Shown piece after piece: positions 34,801 through 44,769 of a DNA stretch of 44,769 nucleotides. This DNA is from Mustelus asterias. Its lineage: Eukaryota. Location: positions 186,001-230,769 of the forward strand of contig NW_027590623.1 of NCBI RefSeq assembly GCF_964213995.1, read 5' to 3'. Under the pieces are notes generated by a model. It was not told where the DNA came from. It saw only the letters and a list, made by a program, of their open reading frames with translations, and did no database searches. Position 1 is the first letter of the stretch. Each line of letters starts with the position of its first letter. The position numbers were made by a program, and so were the translations under genes.

Positions 34801-36050
34801 ACGACAACTCATTTGCAGCCTATAGAACAGGCCTCAGTCCATCCATCCTCCTCTGGAGAAAAGCCCCTTGTCCAAGGATTCCGAGTCATGTTGCAGTCTT
34901 CAAAATTCAAATTCCTGGGGAGAAGAGAAAATAATTAATTAAGGTACAAGAAAATGTTTAAATTAAATAGCACAAGAGCCCAGGATTCCTCCTTCTAAGA
35001 TTTCACTGAGAGATTGTTTAACTAAATATGAATTCCTTGGGAAGAGATAGAATATAATTAATTTAAATACAAGAAAATGTTGAAATTAAATAGCACAAGA
35101 GCCCAGGATTCCCCTTTCTCAGTTACACAATCTCTCAGTAAAAGCTAAATATTAATTCTTGGGTAAAAGAGAGAGAAATATATTAAAATACCAGAAAATG
35201 TTTAAATTAAATAGCACAAGAGCCCAAGATTCCCCCTTCTCAGATTTTACTGAGAGATTGTCCAACAAAATATGACTTCCTGGGAAAAAGAGGGAGAGAG
35301 AGGGAATAGAAAAGAGAGACAGATAGAGGAAGGAAAGGGAGAGAAAGAGAGAAAGCGGAGAGAAATAGACAGAATGGCGGAAAAGCTGCAGAGAGGACAC
35401 AATGAAAGTCTGAACATCTGAAAACTGAATTGTAAAGGCCTCTATGAATTTTATTCAACAATTAGGAACAGCGCTCTGTCTCCCATCCCCTGTTATCTTG
35501 GATTTAAAACTAACTTTCAGACTGCTTCATATTACAGATATTTAATTTACTCTTTGCCACCCAGCAAAGGGTTAACCTGTTTCTGACTAACTGCAAAGCC
35601 AGGATATTTTAACCCCAGGGTTTCAAACTCCAGCTGCCCCCCCACACCCCACAATCGAACCAGAACTGGTTCATCCGAGGAAGCGAGATTAAAATTAAAC
35701 CTGGATCAGGGTAACAAAGAGACAACTCACATGCGGCCTATAGAACAGGCTTCAGTCCATCCATCCTCCTCTGGAGAAAAGCCCCTTGTCCAAGGATTCC
35801 GAGTCCCATTGCAGTCTTCAAAATTCAAATTCCTGGGGAGAAGAGAAAATAATTAATTAAAATACAAGAATTCTTTAAATTAAATAGCACAAGAGCCCAG
35901 GATTCCCCCTTCTCAGTTACACAATCTCTCAGTAAAATCTAAATATTAATTCTTGGGGAAAGAGAGAGAAAATAATTAAAATACAAGAAAATATTTAAAT
36001 TAAATAGCACAGCAAAAAACCCAGGATCTCCTCTCAGTGACACAATCTCT
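31890..36050. repeat. ~910-bp tandem array, 4 units, with an internal ~120-bp AT-rich subrepeat; first interval lengthened by other sequence
   Basis: Marker TTGCCACCCA at 32216, 33731, 34638 and 35554 (spacings 1515, 907, 916). Confidence 0.9.
33179..33460. repeat. ~58-bp minisatellite, 5 units
   Basis: AGAGACATTCTGGAGAGTGAT[A/G]GACAGATATGGAAGAA[T/C]GCTCGAGAG(AG)n. Confidence 0.92.
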
Positions 36051-37355
36051 CAGTAACACCCAAACACAACAAGTCAGTTGTAAAGCAGAGACTAAAGAGA
36101 TTGAGACATTTCCCTCCCTGTGTGTTTCTCTCTCTCTCTCTCTATTCCACTCTCATTCAGATCTCGCTCCCTCTGATATGAAACATTAAATCTGGATCAG
36201 GTTAATAAACAGACACAACTCACTCGGGATGAAGCCTGAGCAACAGGCCTCAGTCAGCCCTCCCTCTGGAAGAAGCTCCTCTCCCTCATCCTGGTCACAA
36301 ACATTCCCGTCCTTTGGATCCTCGACACATCCCCAGTTTTCAAAATTCCTCAGGAGAAAAAGAGATAAAAATTGGTTAAAAAGAGAGAGAAAAAGAGACA
36401 AGGCCATTTTAACAATAAGACACACAACATATCACAGCGAGGAGTCCAGCATTTCCATTCAAGTCCATTCAGCATCATGTCCACACAAGCAAAGCACAGG
36501 TAAAAACGCAGATTGAGACACACACACTGAATCAGAGTGGGAATGTTTTCAGTGCAGGGGGATTATTGGTGTGGAGACTGAAGGCTCTCAGATTCACATT
36601 TATCCTGAGTGTGCTGGATGCAAACCCCACCCTGAGTCTCTGACATGTCTGCAATGTCTGTCTCTCTATTGAGATGCTAATTCACCCCCCCTCCCCCTCT
36701 CACCCCAGAGGAGTTTGTGGCAATGTCAGACTGACTATTGATATGTTAATGCAGGGAGGCAATGGATTCTGCAATCTCCTGCCTTTAGTTTCTTTAGTTT
36801 AGTTTCAAAGTTTATTTCTTTTCCCCTGTAGGTCGTGTTCGTCCATTTCAAAAACCCCCTGACCCCCCCACAGCAGCCCTGAAAATCCTTGCAGCCGCTC
36901 CCCACAACCCAGCGAGTGGAGGGGGAATGGGGATGTGTGAGTGAGTGGATTGGGGGGATTGTGTCAGTGTGTGTCTGTCTATCCCCCCCTCTCTGCTCAC
37001 ACTTCCTGCCCAGCCTGCTGAAGACAGGGAAAGAATGGGAGTTGAACAAAGCCTCCTCTCTGCCTCCATTTTCAAAGGATTTGCCCCTTTCTCACACCAG
37101 TTTTGTCCATTGAGCTGTCCCTATCAATTGGAAAAAAGTTTTATTTATCTCGCTGTGAGATATGAAGTCACTAATTACTAAATACAGACAAAAACATCCC
37201 ATTATGAGACACGGAGCTTCAATGGGATTTTAAACTGAAATCCTCGGATGTCAATTCCTGAGGTTAAAAGTTTCTAATTCATTAATTTGGATTAAATTAA
37301 AACCGGCCAGTATATTCTCACCAGCTGCTTTCTGTTAACTCTCCCCCTTATCACC

Positions 37356-37650
37356 GGTGGTTAGCACTGCTGCCTCACAGCGCCAGGGACCCGGGTTTGA
37401 TTCCCGGCTTGGGTCACTGTCTGTGCAGAGTCTGCACGTTCTCCCCGTGTCTGCGTGGGTTTCCTCCGGGTGCTCCGGTTTCCTCCCACATTCTGAAAGA
37501 TGTGCTGGTTAGGGTGCATTGGCCGTGCTAAATTCTCCCTCAGTGTGACCCGAACAGGCGCCGGAGTGTGGCGACTAGGGGATTCTCACAGTAACTTCAT
37601 TGCAGTGTTAATGTAACCCTACTTGTCACACTAGTAGATAAACTGAAACT
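37356..37650 (+). mobile_element. HE1-type SINE
   Basis: GGTGGTTAGCACTGCTGCCTCACAGCGCCAGGGACCCGGG...AACTTCATTGCAGTGTTAATGTAA. Confidence 0.9.
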
Positions 37651-37654
37651 TAAC

Positions 37655-38040
37655 ACTCATGCACTGTCCTGCTCGCACTCACTCACTCTTATACACTTAC
37701 TCACTTTGTACACTCACTCCCTATTACACACTTACACACACACACTCAAACACACACACATCTCACACACACATTCACTCTCTCGGAAACACTCGCTTTA
37801 ACACACTCTCATCAACACACACATAAATACTCCCTCACACGCTCTCACACACACTCACATTCACTCACTCCACCCCCCCGCTCATTACACACTCACTCAT
37901 CTCTCCCTTGCACACACACTCAGTCTATCTTTCATACACACACTCACACGAGGTATTCATACACACACTGTCACACTCTCTCTCACACTCACACACACAC
38001 ACACTCTCTCACACACACTCACTCTCTCTCACACACTCAC
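37655..38040. repeat. CA/CT-rich low-complexity tract
   Basis: Imperfect (CA)n/(CT)n. Confidence 0.85.
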
Positions 38041-38583
38041 NNNNNNNNNNNNNNNNNNNNNNNNNNNNNNNNNNNNNNNNNNNNNNNNNNNNNNNNNNNN
38101 NNNNNNNNNNNNNNNNNNNNNNNNNNNNNNNNNNNNNNNNNNNNNNNNNNNNNNNNNNNNNNNNNNNNNNNNNNNNNNNNNNNNNNNNNNNNNNNNNNNN
38201 NNNNNNNNNNNNNNNNNNNNNNNNNNNNNNNNNNNNNNNNNNNNNNNNNNNNNNNNNNNNNNNNNNNNNNNNNNNNNNNNNNNNNNNNNNNNNNNNNNNN
38301 NNNNNNNNNNNNNNNNNNNNNNNNNNNNNNNNNNNNNNNNNNNNNNNNNNNNNNNNNNNNNNNNNNNNNNNNNNNNNNNNNNNNNNNNNNNNNNNNNNNN
38401 NNNNNNNNNNNNNNNNNNNNNNNNNNNNNNNNNNNNNNNNNNNNNNNNNNNNNNNNNNNNNNNNNNNNNNNNNNNNNNNNNNNNNNNNNNNNNNNNNNNN
38501 NNNNNNNNNNNNNNNNNNNNNNNNNNNNNNNNNNNNNNNNNNNNNNNNNNNNNNNNNNNNNNNNNNNNNNNNNNNNNNNNNNN

Positions 38584-41500
38584 TGTGTCTCCCTCTCTCT
38601 GTGTCTCCCTCTCTCTGTGTCTCCCTCTCTCTGTGTCTCCCTCTCTCTGTGTCTCCCTCTCTCTGTGTCTCCCTCTCTCTGTGTCTCCCTCTCTCTGTGT
38701 CTCCCTCTCTCTGTGTGTCTCCCTCTCTCTGTGTGTCTCCCTCTCTCTGTGTGTCTCCCTCTCTCTGTGTGTCTCCCTCTCTCTGTGTGTCTCCCTCTCT
38801 CTGTGTGTCTCCCTCTCTCTGTGTGTCTCCCTCTCTCTGTGTGTCTCCCTCTCTCTGTGTGTCTCCCTCTCTCTGTGTGTCTCCCTCTCTCTGTGTGTCT
38901 CCCTCTCTCTGTGTGTCTCCCCCTCTCTGTGTGTCTCCCCCTCTCTGTGTGTCTCCCCCTCTCTGTGTGTCTCCCCCTCTCTGTGTGTCTCCCTCTCTCT
39001 GTGTGTCTCTCCCTCTCTCTAACTCTCCCTCTCTCTGCCTCTCCGTCTCTCTGCCTCTCCGTCTCTCCCTCTCTCCGTCTCTCCCTCTCTCCGTCTCTCC
39101 CTCTCTCAGTCTCTCCCTCTCTCAGTCTCTCCCTCTCTCAGTCTCTCCCTCTCTCAGTCTCTCCCTCTCTCAGTCTCTCCCTCTCTCAGTCTCTCCCTCT
39201 CTCAGTCTCTCCCTCTCTCAGTCTCTCCCTCTCTGTCTCTCCCTCTCTCAGTCTCTCCCTCTCTCAGTCTCTCCCTCTCTCTGTGTCTCCCTCTCTCTGT
39301 GTCTCACTCNNNNNNNNNNNNNNNNNNNNNNNNNNNNNNNNNNNNNNNNNNNNNNNNNNNNNNNNNNNNNNNNNNNNNNNNNNNNNNNNNNNNNNNNNNN
39401 NNNNNNNNNNNNNNNNNNNNNNNNNNNNNNNNNNNNNNNNNNNNNNNNNNNNNNNNNNNNNNNNNNNNNNNNNNNNNNNNNNNNNNNNNNNNNNNNNNNN
39501 NNNNNNNNNNNNNNNNNNNNNNNNNNNNNNNNNNNNNNNNNNNNNNNNNNNNNNNNNNNNNNNNNNNNNNNNNNNNNNNNNNNNNNNNNNNNNNNNNNNN
39601 NNNNNNNNNCCACTCTTTATCTCTGTCTCTCTCTTTCTGTCTCTCTCTTTCTGTGTGTCTCCCTCTCTGTGTCTCCCTCTCTGTGTCTCCCTCTCTGTGT
39701 CTCCCTCTCTGTGTCTCCCTCTCTGCGTCTCCCTCTCTGCGTCTCCCTCTCTGCGTCTCCCTCTCTGCGTCTCCCTCTCTGCGTCTCCCTCTCTGCGTCT
39801 CCCTCTCTGCGTCTCCCTCTCTGCGTCTCCCTCTCTGCGTCTCCCTCTCTGCGTCTCCCTCTCTGCGTCTCCCTCTCTGCGTCTCCCTCTCTGCGTCTCC
39901 CTCTCTGCGTCTCCCTCTCTGCGTCTCCCTCTCTGCGTCTCCCTCTCTGCGTCTCCCTCTCTGCGTCTCCCTCTCTGCGTCTCCCTCTCTGCGTCTCCCT
40001 CTCTGCGTCTCCCTCTCTGCGTCTCCCTCTCTGCGTCTCCCTCTCTGCGTCTCCCTCTCTGCGTCTCCCTCTCTGCGTCTCCCTCTCTGCGTCTCCCTCT
40101 CTGCGTCTCCCTCTCTGCGTCTCCCTCTCTGCGTCTCCCTCTCTGCGTCTCCCTCTCTGCGTCTCCCTCTCTGCGTCTCCCTCTCTCTGCGTCTCCCTCT
40201 CTCTGCGTCTCCCTCTCCTGTGTCTCCCTCTCCTTGTGTCTCCCTCTCCCTGTGTCTCCCTCTCCCTGTGTCTCCCTCTCCCTGTGTCTCCCTCTCCCTG
40301 TGTCTCCCTCTCCCTGTGTCTCCCTCTCCCTGTGTCTCCCTCTCCCTGTGTCTCCCTCTCCCTGTGTCTCCCTCTCTCTGTGTCTCCCTCTCTCTGTGTC
40401 TCCCTCTCTCTGTGTCTCCCTCTCTCTGTGTCTCCCTCTCTCTGTGTCTCCCTCTCTCTGTGTCTCCCTCTCTCTGTGTCTCCCTCTCTCTGTGTCTCCC
40501 TCTCTCTGTGTCTCCCTCTCTCTGTGTCTCCCTCTCTCTGTGTCTCCCTCTCCCTGTGTCTCTCCCTCCCTGTGTCTCTCCCTCTCTGTGTCTCTCCCTC
40601 TCTGTGTCTCTCCCTCTCTGTGTCTCTCCCTCTCTGTGTCTCTCCCTCTCTGTGTCTCTCCCTCTCTGTGTCTCTCCCTCTCTGTGTCTCTCCCTCTCTG
40701 TGTCTCTCCCTCTCTGTGTCTCTCCCTCTCTGTGTCTCTCCCTCTCTGTGTCTCTCGCTCTCTGTGTCTCTCCCTCTCTGTGTCTCTCCCTCTCTGTGTC
40801 TCTCCCTCTCTGTGTCTCTCCCTCTCTGTGTCTCTCCCTCTCTGTGTCTCTCCCTCTCTGTGTCTCTCCCTCTCTGTGTCTCTCCCTCTCTGTCTCTCCC
40901 TCTCTCTGTCTCTCCCTCTCTCTGTCTCTCCCTCTCTCTGTCTCTCCCTCTCTCTGTCTCTCCCTCTCTCTGCCTCTCCGTCTCTCTGCCTCTCTCAGTC
41001 TCTCCCTCTCTCAGTCTCTCCCTCTCTCAGTCTCTCCCTCTCTCAGTCTCTCCCTCTCTCAGTCTCTCCCTCTCTCAGTCTCTCCCTCTCTCAGTCTCTC
41101 CCTCTCTCAGTCTCTCCCTCTCTCAGTCTCTCCCTCTCTCAGTCTCTCCCTCTCTCAGTCTCTCCCTCTCCCTGCGTCTCCCTCTCCCTGCGTCTCCCTC
41201 TCCCTGCGTCTCCCTCTCCCTGCGTCTCCCTCTCTGCGTCTCCCTCTCTGCGTCTCCCTCTCTCTGCGTCTCCCTCTCTCTGCGTCTCCCTCTCTCTGCG
41301 TCTCCCTCTCCTGTGTCTCCCTCTCCTTGTGTCTCCCTCTCCTTGTGTCTCCCTCTCCCTGTGTCTCCCTCTCCCTGTGTCTCCCTCTCCCTGTGTCTCC
41401 CTCTCTCTGTGTCTCCCTCTCTCTGTGTCTCCCTCTCTCTGTGTCTCCCTCTCTCTGTGTCTCCCTCTCTCTGTGTCTCCCTCTCTCTGTGTCTCCCTCT

Positions 41501-44500
41501 CTCTGTGTCTCCCTCTCTCTGTGTCTCCCTCTCTCTGTGTCTCCCTCTCTCTGTGTCTCCCTCTCTCTGTGTCTCCCTCTCTCTGTGTCTCCCTCTCCCT
41601 GTGTCTCTCCCTCTCTGTGTCTCTCCCTCTCTGTGTCTCTCCCTCTCTGTGTCTCTCCCTCTCTGTGTCTCTCCCTCTCTGTGTCTCTCCCTNNNNNNNN
41701 NNNNNNNNNNNNNNNNNNNNNNNNNNNNNNNNNNNNNNNNNNNNNNNNNNNNNNNNNNNNNNNNNNNNNNNNNNNNNNNNNNNNNNNNNNNNNNNNNNNN
41801 NNNNNNNNNNNNNNNNNNNNNNNNNTGCCTCTCTCAGTCTCTCCCTCTCTCAGTCTCTCCCTCTCTCAGTCTCTCCCTCTCTCAGTCTCTCCCTCTCTCA
41901 GTCTCTCCCTCTCTCAGTCTCTCCCTCTCTCAGTCTCTCCCTCTCTCAGTCTCTCCCTCTCTCAGTCTCTCCCTCTCTCAGTCTCTCCCTCTCTCAGTCT
42001 CTCCCTATCTCAGTCTCTCCCTCTCCCTGCGTCTCCCTCTCCCTGCGTCTCCCTCTCCCTGCGTCTCCCTCTCCCTGCGTCTCCCTCTCCCTGCGTCTCC
42101 CTCTCTGCGTCTCCCTCTCTGCGTCTCCCTCTCTCTGCGTCTCCCTCTCTCTGCGTCTCCCTCTCTCTGCGTCTCCCTCTCCTGTGTCTCCCTCTCCTTG
42201 TGTCTCCCTCTCCTTGTGTCTCCCTCTCCCTGTGTATCCCTCTCCCTGTGTCTCCCTCTCCCTGTGTCTCCCTCTCTCTGTGTCTCCCTCTCTCTGTGTC
42301 TCCCTCTCTCTGTGTCTCCCTCTCTCTGTGTCTCCCTCTCTCTGTGTCTCCCTCTCTCTGTGTCTCCCTCTCTCTGTGTCTCCCTCTCTCTGTGTCTCCC
42401 TCTCTCTGTGTCTCCCTCTCTCTGTGTCTCCCTCTCTCTGTGTCTCCCTCTCTCTGTGTCTCCCTCTCTCTGTGTCTCCCTCTCTCTGTGTCTCCCTCTC
42501 TCTGTGTCTCCCTCTCTCTGTGTCTCCCTCTCCCTGTGTCTCTCCCTCTCTGTGTCTCTCCCTCTGTGTCTCTCCCTCTCTGTGTCTCTCCCTCTCTGTG
42601 TCTCTCCCTCTCTGTGTCTCTCCCTCTCTGTGTCTCTCCCTCTCTGTGTCTCTCCCTCTCTGTGTCTCTCCCTCTCTGTGTCTCTCCCTCTCTGTGTCTC
42701 TCCCTCTCTGTGTCTCTCCCTCTCTGTGTCTCTCCCTCTCTGTGTCTCTCCCTCTCTGTGTCTCTCCCTCTCTGTGTCTCTCGCTCTCTGTGTCTCTCCC
42801 TCTCTGTGTCTCTCCCGCTCTGTGTCTCTCCCTCTCTGTGTCTCTCCCTCTCTGTGTCTCTCCCTCTCTGTGTCTCTCCCTCTCTGTGTCTCTCCCTCTC
42901 TGTGTCTCTCCCTCTCTGTGTCTCTCCCTCTCTGTGTCTCTCCCTCTCTGTCTCTCCCTCTCTCTGTCTCTCCCTCTCTCTGTCTCTCCCTCTCTCTGTC
43001 TCTCCCTCTCTCTGTCTCTCCCTCTCTCTGCCTCTCCGTCTCTCTGCCTCTCTCAGTCTCTCCCTCTCTCAGTCTCTCCCTCTCTCAGTCTCTCCCTCTC
43101 TCAGTCTCTCCCTCTCTCAGTCTCTCCCTCTCTCAGTCTCTCCCTCTCTCAGTCTCTCCCTCTCTCAGTCTCTCCCTCTCTCAGTCTCTCCCTCTCTCAG
43201 TCTCTCCCTCTCTCAGTCTCTCCCTCTCTCAGTCTCTCCCTCTCTCAGTCTCTCCCTCTCTCAGTCTCTCCCTCTCCCTGCGTCTCCCTCTCCTGCGTCT
43301 CCCTCTCCCTGCGTCTCCCTCTCCCTGCGTCTCCCTCTCCCTGCGTCTCCCTCTCTGCGTCTCCCTCTCTGCGTCTCCCTCTCTCTGCGTCTCCCTCTCT
43401 CTGCGTCTCCCTCTCTCTGCGTCTCCCTCTCCTGTGTCTCCCTCTCCTTGTGTCTCCCTCTCCTTGTGTCTCCCTCTCCCTGTGTCTCCCTCTCCCTGTG
43501 TCTCCCTCTCCCTGTGTCTCCCTCTCTCTGTGTCTCCCTCTCTCTGTGTCTCCCTCTCTCTGTGTCTCCCTCTCTCTGTGTCTCCCTCTCTCTGTGTCTC
43601 CCTCTCTCTGTGTCTCCCTCTCTCTGTGTCTCCCTCTCTCTGTGTCTCCCTCTCTCTGTGTCTCCCTCTCTCTGTGTCTCCCTCTCTCTGTGTCTCCCTC
43701 TCTCTGTGTCTCCCTCTCTCTGTGTCTCCCTCTCTCTGTGTCTCCCTCTCTCTGTGTCTCCCTCTCTCTGTGTCTCCCTCTCTCTGTGTCTCCCTCTCCC
43801 TGTGTCTCTCCCTCTCTGTGTCTCTCCCTCTCTGTGTCTCTCCCTCTCTGTGTCTCTCCCTCTCTGTGTCTCTCCCTCTCTGTGTCTCTCCCTCTCTGTG
43901 TCTCTCCCTCTCTGTGTCTCTTCCTCTCTCTGTCTCTCCCTCTCTCTGTCTCTCCCTCTCTCTGTCTCTCCCTCTCTCTGTCTCTCCCTCTCTCTGTCTC
44001 TCCCTCTCTCTGCCTCTCCGTCTCTCTGCCTCTCTCAGTCTCTCCCTCTCTCAGTCTCTCCCTCTCTCCCTCTCTCAGTCTCTCCCTCTCTCAGTCTCTC
44101 CCTCTCTCAGTCTCTCCCTCTCTCAGTCTCTCCCTCTCTCAGTCTCTCCCTCTCTCAGTCTCTCCCTCTCTCAGTCTCTCCCTCTCTCAGTCTCTCCCTC
44201 TCTCAGTCTCTCCCTCTCCTGCGTCTCCCTCTCCCTGCGTCTCCCTCTCCCTGCGTCTCCCTCTCCCTGCGTCTCCCTCTCCCTGCGTCTCCCTCTCTGC
44301 GTCTCCCTCTCTGCGTCTCCCTCTCTCTGCGTCTCCCTCTCTCTGCGTCTCCCTCTCTGCGTCTCCCTCTCCTGTGTCTCCCTCTCCTTGTGTCTCCCTC
44401 TCCTTGTGTCTCCCTCTCCCTGTGTCTCCCTTCCCTGTGTCTCCCTCTCCCTGTGTCTCTCCCTCTCTGTGTCTCTCCCTCTCTGTGTCTCTCTCTCTGT

Positions 44501-44769
44501 GTCTCTCCCTCTCTGTGTCTCTCCCTCTCTGTGTCTCTCCCTCTCTGTGTCTCTCCTCTCTGTGTCTCTCCCTCTCTGTGTCTCTCCCTCTCTGTGTCTC
44601 TCCCTCTCTGTGTCTCTCCCTCTCTGTGTCTCTCCCTCTCTGTGTCCTCTCCCTCTCTGTGTCTCTCCCTCTCTGTGTCTCTCCCTCTCTGTGTCTCTCC
44701 CTCTCTGTGTCTCTCGCTCTCTGTGTCTCTCCCTCTCTGTGTCTCTCCCTCTCTGTGTCTCTCCCTCTC
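38584..44769. repeat. CT-rich 14-18-bp satellite with block structure, interrupted by gaps (39310-39609, 41693-41825; preceded by gap 38041-38583)
   Basis: Blocks of CTCTCTCAGTCTCTCC, CTCTCCCTGCGTCTCC, CTCTCTCTGTGTCTCC and CTCTCTGTGTCTCTCC. Confidence 0.97.

Overview
Eukaryotic (vertebrate) DNA, almost certainly from a cartilaginous fish (shark): HE1-type tRNA-derived SINEs and CR1/Rex-type LINE fragments are abundant. The coding core (9.2-17.1 kb) is a cluster of four germline T-cell-receptor alpha/delta-type variable (V) gene segments. Each has a 3' recombination signal sequence (RSS). V1 and V2 lie on + and V3 and V4 on -, so they converge. Three have an intact leader exon, intron and V exon. 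The 5' end of V4 is lost in a G/C-rich repeat next to an assembly gap. I found no D, J or C segments. Also present: two orphan copies of a V3-like promoter/leader module flanking V3, CTCF motifs, and a CpG-island promoter (RFX/YY1/NRF1-like) with no visible gene. The 21-31 kb block is a patchwork of segmental duplications with a recurrent 16-mer. A ~910-bp tandem array carries a repeated 102-nt exon-like cassette. The window ends in a gapped CT-rich satellite. Most ORFs in the track are repeat-derived and spurious.
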